Virus record (IMG/VR): IMGVR_UViG_3300033463_000535
DNA: 35,022 nt
Strand: one strand, 5' to 3'
From: a virus
Shown: piece after piece, positions 21,852 to 31,538 of the stretch
Numbering within the stretch: position 1 is the first letter of the stretch
How the letters are laid out: each line of letters opens with the position of its first letter
Notes under the pieces: model-generated
Told to the model about the DNA's origin: nothing
Databases searched by the model: none
What the model saw: only the letters and a program-made list of their open reading frames with translations
Program-made: the position numbers and the translations under genes

Positions 21852-22967
21852 ATGCTAACAGAAAAAGATTTTAATAAAATTGAAAAACAAGCAATAGCAT
21901 TATACAGCGAATTAGAATTAGCAATAATAGAAGAAATAGCATTAAGAATAGCAAATGTAGGATATATTAATACTGTAACATATAATAATATTGTAATATT
22001 AGAACAAATGGGATATATGTATGAAGACATAGAAATAATGGTAGCAAGACAGAACAATATGAACATAGAAGAAATACAAAGTATATTTGAAACAGCAGGG
22101 ATAAAGTCAATTAAAAGAGATGCTAAAATATATGCCTTAGCAGGAATAAAGACAGGTAAAATAAGCGATAAATTAATGAATACAATAAAAGCAAATGCAA
22201 ATAAGACAGGAAGCAATATATTAAAACTAACAAATACTACGGCAAGTGTATCACAGTTACAATTCATAAACGCAATTAATAAGGCATATTTAGAAACAAG
22301 TACAGGAAGTAAAAGTTATTCACAAGCAATAAGAGATGCAGTAAAAAAGGTAAGCAGGCAAGGAGCATATGTACAATATCCAAGTGGAGCAAAAAGAAGT
22401 GTGGAAAATGCAGTATCAATGAACATATTAACGAGCATAAATAGAACTTCTGCAGAATTACAAATACAAAGAGGAGATGAATTTGGATATGATATGTATG
22501 AAGTATCAGCACATATTGGAGCAAGACCAGAACACGCAGAATGGCAAGGGAAAGTATATACAAAACAAGAGCTATACGATATATGTGGTCTTGATACAGT
22601 AACAGGATTATGTGGAATAAATTGTAGACATACATTTTATCCATATGTTGAAGGTAGTACAAGAAGATATACAAATAAAGAGTTAAATTATTTTAAGAAT
22701 GAAAAGATAGAATATGATGGAAGAAGAATAAGCACATATGATGCAAGTCAAATACAAAGAGGATTAGAAAGAAATATAAGAAGCAATAAAAAAGAAATAG
22801 CAGGATTAAAGGGAATGTTGCAAAGTGATAACAAAGATATAGACAAAAAAGAAATACAACAACAATTGATATTAAGCAGAAATAAATTAAGAGAAAAGAA
22901 TGCAAAATTAAATGATTTTATAGAACAGACAGGATTACATAAAGATAATACAAGGTTAGTAATATAG
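21852..22967 (+). CDS. Head morphogenesis protein (Mu F / SPP1 gp7 family)
   Basis: ARPEHAEWQGKVY and CGINCRHTFYPY are family hallmarks; follows the portal. Confidence 0.8.
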   Translation: MLTEKDFNKIEKQAIALYSELELAIIEEIALRIANVGYINTVTYNNIVILEQMGYMYEDIEIMVARQNNMNIEEIQSIFETAGIKSIKRDAKIYALAGIKTGKISDKLMNTIKANANKTGSNILKLTNTTASVSQLQFINAINKAYLETSTGSKSYSQAIRDAVKKVSRQGAYVQYPSGAKRSVENAVSMNILTSINRTSAELQIQRGDEFGYDMYEVSAHIGARPEHAEWQGKVYTKQELYDICGLDTVTGLCGINCRHTFYPYVEGSTRRYTNKELNYFKNEKIEYDGRRISTYDASQIQRGLERNIRSNKKEIAGLKGMLQSDNKDIDKKEIQQQLILSRNKLREKNAKLNDFIEQTGLHKDNTRLVI

Positions 22968-23057
22968 CCTTATGTTATATACCTTTTTACTTTGTTGCAG
23001 GTGTAAAAGAACAATAAAGGAGATTTACTTTTTTAGATTAAAGAAAGGAGTTCTATT

Positions 23058-23624
23058 ATGAACGAAGAAGAAACAAATATTGAAAAACCTGTTGAAAATA
23101 CAGAAAAAGATGTAAACGTTGAAACAGACGGAACAGGGGTTGGAACTCAAGCCAACGAAAACAAAGATGAGGGAAAAGCTGAAAAGACTTATACACAGGA
23201 AGAATATAATGCATTGGATAAGAAGCTAAAAGCAAAATATGAAAAGAAATATGGCGGAATTGACATTGCGAAATATAATGAATGGGTAGAAAGTCAAAAA
23301 ACAGCTGAACAAAAACAAGCCGAGAAAGAAGCCGAATATGTAGAAAAAGATAAAAAAATCACACTACTTGAAAATAGATTAAAATTAAAAGAAAACGATG
23401 TTTCAAAAGAGTATGAGGATTTTGTTTTATTCACTGTTGGCAATATGGAAGGTGAGTTTGATGACAACTTAAGTAATTTCTTAAAAGAAAACCCTAAGTA
23501 TATAAAGGGTAAAGAAACCACAGAGCATAAAGCAACAGGAACACCTGTAAAAACAGTTAGCTCTAGTGAGAATGATGGGGTATTGGCAATATTAAAAGCT
23601 AAACACCCTGAATTAAATATTTAA
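23058..23624 (+). CDS. Scaffolding protein (DUF4355-like)
   Basis: Acidic and coiled-coil; YTQEEYNALDKKLKAKYEKKY; located before the capsid gene. Confidence 0.7.
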   Translation: MNEEETNIEKPVENTEKDVNVETDGTGVGTQANENKDEGKAEKTYTQEEYNALDKKLKAKYEKKYGGIDIAKYNEWVESQKTAEQKQAEKEAEYVEKDKKITLLENRLKLKENDVSKEYEDFVLFTVGNMEGEFDDNLSNFLKENPKYIKGKETTEHKATGTPVKTVSSSENDGVLAILKAKHPELNI

Positions 23625-23647
23625 AAATAATAAGGAGTGATTTTAAA

Positions 23648-24508
23648 ATGGCAAATACAGTAACACCAACAAATGGAACACATAAAAGACAAGAAAGATA
23701 TGTAGATACAATAGTAGAATTAATGAGACCAGATTTATTAATAAGAAACACATTTACAACAGATTATGAAGGAAGTCCAAAAGCAGGAGCAGTAAAAGTA
23801 CCTGTAAGAAATACAGATGTACAAGTACAAGATTATGATGTAGTATCAGGAGTGAATTTAACTACATCTGCAACAGATTATTTAGATATACCAGTAAATA
23901 AAAATAAAGCTATCAATGAATTAATTGATGGATATGAAGCAGAAGCAGTACCAGATAATTTAATTGCACAAAGATTAGAAAGTGGAGCATATTCAATAGC
24001 TACTACATTAGAAGCAGATGCATTAACAACACTAACAACAGAAGGAAATTATACAGCTTCTAAAACACAAGGAACAGATAGTACAGCACAAACAATTTAT
24101 GCTGATATTCTAAAAGATATTGCACAACTTAAGAAATTAGGTGTAAAAGCTAATAGAATTAAAGTAGCAATTGATAGTGAAACAGAAGTATTATTGTTAA
24201 CAGATGAAAAATTCTCTAATACAGCATCTCAAATAGGTGCAGAACTTGCTAGACAAGGTGTAGTAGGAAGAATAAACGGTGTAGATGTAATGACAGAAGA
24301 CTTATCAAGCAAAGGAGCACAGTATATTGTATATGCACCAGATTGGTGTAAAGCAATAGATGAATTTACAATAGCACCAAGAGTAGTTGATATTAGAGAT
24401 GGAGCACACGTAGGAGCTTCAAAACTTGAAGGAAGAATGGTATATGCAAATGCAGTAACAAATAAAGCTGCAGTTATTGTAAAATTTGAAGCAAGTGCAA
24501 GTCTATAA
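23648..24508 (+). CDS. Major capsid protein
   Basis: 286 aa, strong AAGGAG SD, after the scaffold gene. The C-terminus ends ..EASASL. Confidence 0.8.
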   Translation: MANTVTPTNGTHKRQERYVDTIVELMRPDLLIRNTFTTDYEGSPKAGAVKVPVRNTDVQVQDYDVVSGVNLTTSATDYLDIPVNKNKAINELIDGYEAEAVPDNLIAQRLESGAYSIATTLEADALTTLTTEGNYTASKTQGTDSTAQTIYADILKDIAQLKKLGVKANRIKVAIDSETEVLLLTDEKFSNTASQIGAELARQGVVGRINGVDVMTEDLSSKGAQYIVYAPDWCKAIDEFTIAPRVVDIRDGAHVGASKLEGRMVYANAVTNKAAVIVKFEASASL

Positions 24509-24522
24509 TAGGAGGATAAGTT

Positions 24523-24918
24523 ATGGGTATGCTGAAATATGTAACCAGTAGTGAATATATGGAATTGTTAGGTACACAGAGCATACCTAGCAACTTCAAT
24601 AATTTAGTGATTGAAGCAAGCAGCTATATTAATTATCAAACAACAGGAAAAATTGTTGCAAATAATATTCCTGAAGAGGTAAAATATGCAACTTGTTTAA
24701 TTATTAATATTTTAAATGAAGAAACAAAAGAGTTAGATAAAATAAAAAATTTGCAGTCACAGAACATAGAAGGTTGGAGTGAAACATATACAAGTCCAGA
24801 AGAAACTAAAAAGAATTATGAGGATAAAAAATTTAATGTTTTAAAAACTTATTTATGGAATGTTTTAGGAGTTGATAATAAGCCTTTATTGTATAGAGGA
24901 GTTGGTGTAATTGGGTAA
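24523..24918 (+). CDS. Head-tail connector (gp6-like adaptor)
   Basis: 131 aa; position and size; YVTSSEYMELLG..NLVIEASSYINYQT. Confidence 0.6.
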   Translation: MGMLKYVTSSEYMELLGTQSIPSNFNNLVIEASSYINYQTTGKIVANNIPEEVKYATCLIINILNEETKELDKIKNLQSQNIEGWSETYTSPEETKKNYEDKKFNVLKTYLWNVLGVDNKPLLYRGVGVIG

Positions 24919-25241
24919 TTTTTTTATACATTCAATAACAGTATATCATATAGAAAATGATGCTGCTACCAGCACGACCTTTCAAGGAGTTTATTTTAGG
25001 CACAACAAAAAGTCAAATTTAATAGATAAACGGAATTGAAAAAGGTAGTACAGGATCAATAACAATACCAACAACAGAGGAGATTAATGTTTTTGTAGGT
25101 GATTATGTAATTGAAGGAATAATAGAAGATGAATTTGATTTGAAAACACTTATGAAAAATTATCAAGTATTCAAAGTTGTTAGTGTTGATGACAACAGAA
25201 AAGGCGGATTACAACACTATAAAATAGGAGTAAGTGAATAA
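24911..25241 (+). pseudogene. Head-closure-type gene interrupted by a +1 frame break at about 25028-25036
   Basis: The TTG 24911 frame reads LGNFFIHSITVYHIENDAATSTTFQGVYFRHNKKSNLIDKRN*, stopping at 25037-25039. The +1 frame continues NGIEKGSTGSITIPTTEEINVFVGDYVIEGIIEDEFDLKTLMKNYQVFKVVSVDDNRKGGLQHYKIGVSE*, and its stop overlaps the next ATG. Confidence 0.6.
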
Positions 25242-25588
25242 TGAAATTAAATGTCTATACAAAGATGAAAAGTGTAAATCAAATAATAACAGAACATGGG
25301 CTGCAAAGAGATGGACGTGTAGAAACATACTTAAGAGACGAGGTTGATAGATATTGTGATGATTATGTACCAATGGATAAAGGGATATTAAAAAAGAATA
25401 AATTATATCCAAACAATCATTCAATTAAGTACATACAACCATATGCACATTATATGTATGTGGGTAAGAAAGCAGTTGGAGCAAGTAGACCAGCAGGAGT
25501 AAAAAGAAAAATATCAGGTATGTCACTAAAATATCAAGGAGCACCAAAAAGACGGAGCAAAATGGGAAAAAAGAATGGCAAGAGATAA
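25241..25588 (+). CDS. HK97-gp10-like tail-head joining protein. The C-terminus is probably displaced by a +1 frame break at the A5 run 25546-25550 (alternative end 25643)
   Basis: Frame 0 ends ..YQGAPKRRSKMGKKNGKR*. The +1 frame reads ..DGAKWEKRMARDKGNDIARDLQNFIKRGGF* and stops at 25641-25643, abutting the next ATG at 25644. Confidence 0.65.
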   Translation: MKLNVYTKMKSVNQIITEHGLQRDGRVETYLRDEVDRYCDDYVPMDKGILKKNKLYPNNHSIKYIQPYAHYMYVGKKAVGASRPAGVKRKISGMSLKYQGAPKRRSKMGKKNGKR

Positions 25589-25643
25589 AGGAAATGACAT
25601 AGCAAGAGATTTGCAAAACTTTATTAAAAGAGGTGGATTTTAA

Positions 25644-26087
25644 ATGGCAGAAAAATCAAAGATGCAATTAATAAAAGAATGGATAGAAACTTGTCCATTG
25701 TTAGACGGAGATACAATAAATGTAGATTATTTAAAAGATGAGGTATATTCTTATTCAATAGATAGAACACCAACGCAACCAAAAACAAGAACGTTTATTG
25801 ATGGCGGTGGAAAAAAACAACTAAGTTTTGATTTTACTGTTACTGCTCCTTTGTCAAGTGTTATTGTTGACAACTTAACCAACAGTAAATTTGGAGAAGA
25901 TTTTGTGGATTGGATAGAAACACAAAACGAAAAAAGAAACTTGCCTGAAATTAATGGAGCTTTTAGTATAGAATGTACAAGTCCAAGTTATGTTTTACAG
26001 AAAACCGATACAACAGCAATATATATAATACAAATGAATTTGACATATTATGAATTAATACATAATGAAGAACAACCAAGTTTATAA
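25644..26087 (+). CDS. Tail completion / tail terminator-like protein
   Basis: 147 aa, between the connector genes and the tail tube. Confidence 0.55.
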   Translation: MAEKSKMQLIKEWIETCPLLDGDTINVDYLKDEVYSYSIDRTPTQPKTRTFIDGGGKKQLSFDFTVTAPLSSVIVDNLTNSKFGEDFVDWIETQNEKRNLPEINGAFSIECTSPSYVLQKTDTTAIYIIQMNLTYYELIHNEEQPSL

Positions 26088-26113
26088 TAAAAAAATAAGG
26101 AGGTAAACAGGAA

Positions 26114-26596
26114 ATGGCAGATGCATTACAAATATATAACAGAGCAGATATAGTTAACTTTATGAATACAGGAACATCACAAAATCCAACATACACAAGA
26201 ATGCAAGGATTTACAGAGGGCGGAAAATCTATGAACTCAAGCACTTATGACAGAAGATACATAGATGAAAAAACAGAAAGAAGTACAGTAACAGGATATT
26301 CTACTGAAATTGCATACAGCTTTGATAGAATAGTTGGAAATTCAATACATGAAACAATTGCAGGAGTACATGACAATGAATTAGTAGGACAGTCAGTTGA
26401 AATATTAACAGTAAACACAAGAACAAATGAAGCAAAATTAAGAAATTATAGTATAATTCCTGATGCAGATGGAGATAGCACAGATGCTTATACATATAGT
26501 GGAACATTCCACGCAGATGGAGAAATAACAGATGGGACAGCAACAGTTGCTGCAGATGGAATGACTGCTACATTCACACCAACAGCAAGTCTATAA
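26114..26596 (+). CDS. Major tail (tube) protein
   Basis: 160 aa, AAGGAGG SD, followed by a strong terminator and the chaperone genes. The C-terminus ends ..FTPTASL. Confidence 0.75.
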   Translation: MADALQIYNRADIVNFMNTGTSQNPTYTRMQGFTEGGKSMNSSTYDRRYIDEKTERSTVTGYSTEIAYSFDRIVGNSIHETIAGVHDNELVGQSVEILTVNTRTNEAKLRNYSIIPDADGDSTDAYTYSGTFHADGEITDGTATVAADGMTATFTPTASL

Positions 26597-26600
26597 GAAA

Positions 26601-26630
26601 AGAGGCAGGAATAATCCTTGCCTCTTTTTG
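26601..26630 (+). terminator. Rho-independent terminator after the tail tube gene
   Basis: AGAGGCAGG (26601-26609) / CCTTGCCTCT (26616-26625) with a one-base bulge, loop aataat, then TTTT. Confidence 0.8.
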
Positions 26631-26653
26631 TCAAGAAAAGGAGATAAAAAATT

Positions 26654-27031
26654 ATGAAAATATTAAATAAAGAAGTAGAATTTAGTTTTACAGATGCGGA
26701 TAATATGGAGAAATTAGAAAATTCAATAGAAGTAGCACAACAAAAAATGGAGAAATTAAATCAAAATGACAAAATGAGTGTAATAATATCAAGTACTTAT
26801 GATATTATTTCTGAATGTTTAGATAATATTTTTGGCAAGGGATTTTCTGCTGAAATTTTTGAAGGGAAAAAAGAATTCAAAAATTGTATTAAGGCATTTA
26901 GTGACTTAATGCAAGCTAAAAATGAACAAGATAAAGAACTTGATGATGAAATTAAAAACTTACAGAAAAGCATTAATTTAGCTGAAACAAAATACTCTGG
27001 TAATAGAGCAACAAGAAGGGCTAAAAAATAA
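26654..27031 (+). CDS. Tail assembly chaperone (gpG-like position)
   Basis: 125 aa, acidic and helical, ends RATRRAKK on an A6 run. The next ORF is in the -1 frame. Confidence 0.6.
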   Translation: MKILNKEVEFSFTDADNMEKLENSIEVAQQKMEKLNQNDKMSVIISSTYDIISECLDNIFGKGFSAEIFEGKKEFKNCIKAFSDLMQAKNEQDKELDDEIKNLQKSINLAETKYSGNRATRRAKK

Positions 27032-27597
27032 TGAATATATTAGTTGATGATATAGAGCAGGTAGTACAAGACAAAATAGGAATAGAATTTAATACAGATT
27101 TTAGAATTGTTATTTTGTTTGAGTTATTAATGCAAGACAATGAAATTAACCAAGAAGCTAAAATCATGCAGGCAATAAATCTTTTCTATCCCAAACCAGA
27201 ACAAATAAAAGATATAAAAAAAGCAATTGAAGATATAATGTGGTTTTATTGTTGTGGTAAAGAAACAAAAGCAAGCAATGGAAAAGAAGAAAGCAACAAG
27301 CAGATATATAGCTATGAATTTGATGATGAGTATATTTATAGTGCTTTTAAGGATCAATATAATATTAATTTACAATCAATTGAATATTTACATTGGTGGG
27401 AATTTAAGGCCATGTTTCAAAGTTTAAAAGAGGATAATTTGATTGTAAAGATAATGGGATACAGGTCAATAAATATAGCTTCAATAAAAGATAAAGAAGA
27501 AAAGAGGTTTTATAAAAAGATGAAAAAGTTATACGCATTGCCTGATATGAGAACAGAAGAGCAGAAAGAAGCAGACTTTGGAGCAGCTTTTTGGTAG
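27031..27597 (+). CDS. Gp15-family protein (second chaperone position, before the TMP)
   Basis: FNTDFRIVILFELLMQD..INLFY..YIYSAFKDQYNINLQSIEYLHWWEFKAMFQSL has the Phage_Gp15 pattern. Confidence 0.7.
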   Translation: MNILVDDIEQVVQDKIGIEFNTDFRIVILFELLMQDNEINQEAKIMQAINLFYPKPEQIKDIKKAIEDIMWFYCCGKETKASNGKEESNKQIYSYEFDDEYIYSAFKDQYNINLQSIEYLHWWEFKAMFQSLKEDNLIVKIMGYRSINIASIKDKEEKRFYKKMKKLYALPDMRTEEQKEADFGAAFW

Positions 27598-27610
27598 AAA
27601 GGAGTGAAAA

Positions 27611-29959
27611 ATGGCAGATGGGTCGGTTACAATTGAAGTAACCTTGACAAGAGATCAATTAGAAAAAGGATTAAAACAAGTTAAATCAGACTTAAATGGA
27701 TTATCTAAAACAGGAACCGTGTTTAAAAGCATCGGCGGAGCAATAAGCAGTATGGGAAGTGCAATGCAAAAAGCTGGTAAGGTAATTGTAGGAGCAACCG
27801 CAGGGATTGTAGCAGGATTAGGAACAGCGGTAGGAAGATTTGATACATTAAAGAACTATCCAAAAGTATTAAGTAATTTAGGAATAAGTGCAGAAGATGC
27901 TAAAAAGTCTATAAATGATTTATCTGAAGGAATTGACGGATTGCCAACAGCCTTAGATGATGCTGCAAGTGGTGTACAAAGGTTAGTTGCAAAAAATGGA
28001 GATATAAAAAAATCTACAAAATACTTTCTTGCAATGAATGATGCAATAGTAGCAGGAAATGCACCAGCGGAACAACAAAAAAGTGCAATTGAACAACTAA
28101 CACAGGCATATTCAAAAGGTAAGTTTGATATGATGGAATGGAGAACTTTAATGATGGCTATGCCAGGACAGTTAAAACAGGTTGCTACTGCTATGGGATA
28201 TGTAAATACAGATGATTTATACAATGCATTACAAAAAGGCAAAATTTCAATGGATACTTTTATGAATGCAATTGTAAAACTTGACACAGAAGGTGGAAAA
28301 GGAATAAAAAGTTTTCAAGAACAAGCCAAAAATTCGACGGATAGTATAGGAACGGCGTTAACAAACGTATCAAATAGATTTAAAAAAGGATTTGCAACAA
28401 TTCTTGAAGGCTTAGATGAGATGGCAAAAGGAACACAGTTCGGAAGCATTGCAGGCATGATTAACAATTTCTCTACAAGCATAAAGAATTTTCTTGATAA
28501 AATAGGTAAATCATTAAAAAATAGCGAAAGCGCTAAAAACTTTATAGAAAGCATGGGAAACGCATTAGCAAAATTACAAGAAAAAGTAGATAATTTGTCT
28601 CCAGAACAAGTTGACAAAATAGTAAACGCTTTTATAACATTAGCAAAAGCAGGTCCAGCGCTATTAATATTTGGTAAAGTATTTTCAATTATTGGTGGTG
28701 GTATAACTAAAATTGGCGGATTAGTAGAGACATTTGGTAAATTAAGCCCAGCATTAGCAGGAGGTGCTAAAGGCGCTACAATTCTAAAGGGAGCGATGGC
28801 AGCATTAACAGGTCCTGTTGGAATAGTTATTGCTATAATTACAGCAGTAATTGCAATATTAGTTGTTTTATACAAAAAATCTGAAATATTTAGAAATGCA
28901 GTAAATGAAGCATTTGCATCAATAAAATCAGCTTTGATGAGTACATGGGAAACAATAAAACCTGCATTAGAAGAATTATGGAATGCATTGCAAGAGTTAT
29001 GGGTAGCAATACAACCAGTTGCAAAGTTTTTAATAAATGTTTTAGGAGTAGCAATTAAAATTATTGCCAAACTATTGGCACAGATAATACCAGTTATAGC
29101 AAAAATAATAGTTTTAGTTATTCAAGTATCTACTAAAATATTAACAGTAATAATAAATGTAGTAACAAAAATAATAACATTCTTTACGAAAACAATACCA
29201 GATGCTTTCAATAATTTAATAAATAAAATAAAAGAATTTGTTACAAATGCAATAAACTTCTTTAAGAATTTTCCTTATAATATGGGGGTTTTAATTGGGA
29301 AAGCAATAGGACATTTGATTAATTTTGGAATTAGAGCAATGAACTTTGTGAAGACAAAAATTCCTCAAATAGTAAATGGTATTGTAAATTGGTTTAAACA
29401 ATTGCCAAGTAAAATATGGAATGCTTTAGTGGCAACAATTCAAAGATTTATACAATGGTTGTCAAACATGAAATCAAAAGCTAGTAGTGGTGCATCAAGT
29501 GTGTCAAATTCAATAACAAATGGATTTAAAAGTTTGCCAAGTAGAATGTTAAGTATAGGTAAAAATATAGTGCAAGGTTTGTGGAATGGCATTAAAAATG
29601 CAGGACCTTGGATAAGACAAAAGGTTGGAGAATTTGCAAGAGGAATATTAGATGGAATGAAACAATCTTTGGGAATACAATCTCCATCAAAACTATTTAG
29701 AGATGAAGTAGGAAAATATATAGCAATGGGTGTAGGCGAAGGATTTACAGACAACATTGCAAAAGTATATAGACAAATGAAAACCGCAGTAGATTTTGAA
29801 ACACAGAAATTAAGTGCTAATTTAAGTACAACAGCAAGCTTCAATAAATCAATAGTTGCAAATATTAATATTGTTGGTGATGTAGACTTAGACGGAAACA
29901 AAGTAGGAAGATTATTAACACCTTCAATAAGCAGAACATTAAGAACGGCGGGTGTGTAA
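27611..29959 (+). CDS. Tape measure protein
   Basis: 782 aa, helical/TM-rich middle, FDMMEWRTLMMAMPGQLKQVATAMG tape-measure domain motif. Confidence 0.9.
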   Translation: MADGSVTIEVTLTRDQLEKGLKQVKSDLNGLSKTGTVFKSIGGAISSMGSAMQKAGKVIVGATAGIVAGLGTAVGRFDTLKNYPKVLSNLGISAEDAKKSINDLSEGIDGLPTALDDAASGVQRLVAKNGDIKKSTKYFLAMNDAIVAGNAPAEQQKSAIEQLTQAYSKGKFDMMEWRTLMMAMPGQLKQVATAMGYVNTDDLYNALQKGKISMDTFMNAIVKLDTEGGKGIKSFQEQAKNSTDSIGTALTNVSNRFKKGFATILEGLDEMAKGTQFGSIAGMINNFSTSIKNFLDKIGKSLKNSESAKNFIESMGNALAKLQEKVDNLSPEQVDKIVNAFITLAKAGPALLIFGKVFSIIGGGITKIGGLVETFGKLSPALAGGAKGATILKGAMAALTGPVGIVIAIITAVIAILVVLYKKSEIFRNAVNEAFASIKSALMSTWETIKPALEELWNALQELWVAIQPVAKFLINVLGVAIKIIAKLLAQIIPVIAKIIVLVIQVSTKILTVIINVVTKIITFFTKTIPDAFNNLINKIKEFVTNAINFFKNFPYNMGVLIGKAIGHLINFGIRAMNFVKTKIPQIVNGIVNWFKQLPSKIWNALVATIQRFIQWLSNMKSKASSGASSVSNSITNGFKSLPSRMLSIGKNIVQGLWNGIKNAGPWIRQKVGEFARGILDGMKQSLGIQSPSKLFRDEVGKYIAMGVGEGFTDNIAKVYRQMKTAVDFETQKLSANLSTTASFNKSIVANINIVGDVDLDGNKVGRLLTPSISRTLRTAGV

Positions 29960-29960
29960 T

Positions 29961-31538
29961 ATGATTAGATTAATTTATAATAATACAGTATTTAAAATAT
30001 TAGATGAATTTCAAATAGAAGAAAGCATAAAAGAAGTAACATTTAATGATATAAAGATTGATTTTACTGGTTATGGACTTTCCGATATGCCTTTAAAATA
30101 TCAAGAAGTGCAAATAAAAAAATGTAAAGATAATCAAGATATATTAACAGAAGGGAATGTATTGTTTTTTGGTTATGTTGACACTATAAAATTATCAGAA
30201 ATGAAATCTAGTGATAGTGAAAGAGAGTTAGAAATTACAATATTAAGTCCACGAAAAATGGCAACACTTAGAACTGTTACAATGATTGGCACTTATCAAT
30301 TAGATGATGCAATAAGAAAAATTTTTGAGCCTTTAATTAATGATGGATATACATTATTAGAACTTAATATAGAAAAATCTCAAATTCTATTATCTTATAT
30401 TGCACAGTCAATTGAAACAATAATGAATGATTTGGGATATAAAAGAAATTTAGTGTGGTCGATAGATGACAAAAAAAATATTAAAGTAAATACCATAGAT
30501 TATATGTTTGGTAAAAATATTTCTAAAAATATAAGTTCTGTAGATGGGCTGTTAAAAATAGATCCAAAAATAGAGGCAACAGATTATGCTAATATAATTA
30601 ATTTTAAAAACGTAAGATTAATATATAATGGTGGAGATTATGCAAGTAATGTTCACACACCAAAAAAATTTTGCGTGTTATCAATGCCTAAAGTTGTAAA
30701 AAATGGAGATATTGTTGAATTTAATTATCCTATTAGCATAAGCAAAGAAATTGGTAGACAAATATATCAAGAAAAAGAAGATGATTTGCCAGTAACATTA
30801 TTACATCTTTCTAACTCTTATAATCCAACAACAGAAAATCCTAAAATATTTATAAGTATACAATATAATGGAACAACAGATAATGTTGAAACAAATATTG
30901 TGGCAGGAACTATGACTTTTTCTGATGATGAAGGAGAAGAAGGAAATATAGTTTTACAAAGGGATAGTTTTTTTCATGATTTAATAACGGGCTTTAAGTA
31001 TAATGGTAACAGTACTATAACAATAGACGAAATATATACAAATACTGCATTAAGATATGTAACAATGAAATTTGTTGCTTCTACAGAAATACAAAAATTA
31101 AAAGGTATTGTTTCTACGACAGGACAGATTGAAAAAAATGTTGATTTAAATGAAACTTGGTTTACAATAGATGAATTAACGGATTATGCTAAGAACTTAT
31201 TAATTTCAAATACAAATGTTATAAATACTGTTGAATTAGAATATGACACAGATCCTTTACTTAATGTTGGAGATATTGTAAAAATTGATTTGGAAGATTT
31301 TTATATACAGGGAACATTTGCAGTAACAAAAATAAAATATAAATACAAAAATAAATTAGAACAAAATTGGCAAATAACTTTGCAAAATTCAGATATAATT
31401 TCATCTTATATAGATTTATTTAGGACAGAACAATCACAAGAAACCGAAACACAAGAAAATAGTATAATAGTAGGAGAACTTATAGATGAAACATTAACAG
31501 AAATCCATGATGTCGAGGAGGTGCAAAATGAGGGTTAA
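29961..31538 (+). CDS. Distal tail protein (Dit-like) with a long C-terminal extension
   Basis: Follows the TMP; 525 aa from the ATG at 29961 (the ORF also opens at GTG 29952). Confidence 0.65.
   Translation: MIRLIYNNTVFKILDEFQIEESIKEVTFNDIKIDFTGYGLSDMPLKYQEVQIKKCKDNQDILTEGNVLFFGYVDTIKLSEMKSSDSERELEITILSPRKMATLRTVTMIGTYQLDDAIRKIFEPLINDGYTLLELNIEKSQILLSYIAQSIETIMNDLGYKRNLVWSIDDKKNIKVNTIDYMFGKNISKNISSVDGLLKIDPKIEATDYANIINFKNVRLIYNGGDYASNVHTPKKFCVLSMPKVVKNGDIVEFNYPISISKEIGRQIYQEKEDDLPVTLLHLSNSYNPTTENPKIFISIQYNGTTDNVETNIVAGTMTFSDDEGEEGNIVLQRDSFFHDLITGFKYNGNSTITIDEIYTNTALRYVTMKFVASTEIQKLKGIVSTTGQIEKNVDLNETWFTIDELTDYAKNLLISNTNVINTVELEYDTDPLLNVGDIVKIDLEDFYIQGTFAVTKIKYKYKNKLEQNWQITLQNSDIISSYIDLFRTEQSQETETQENSIIVGELIDETLTEIHDVEEVQNEG

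Noticed and set aside
22968-23057. Hairpin or promoter between the Mu-F-like and scaffold genes
   Set aside because: CTTTTTAC/GTAAAAG pairing needs a bulge and is AT-only, and there is no acceptable -35/-10 pair. It is probably just a spacer.
28315-29070. 251-aa minus-strand ORF. Similar long minus-strand ORFs lie at 21548..22267, 3218..3742, 34327..34824, 16299..16787, 27856..28287 and 29440..29901
   Set aside because: All of them lie entirely inside well-supported + strand genes (TMP, portal/Mu-F, C1q-like, holin, GT8/ParB). They have no SD and give Leu/Phe/Ile/Ser-rich junk typical of antisense frames in AT-rich DNA.
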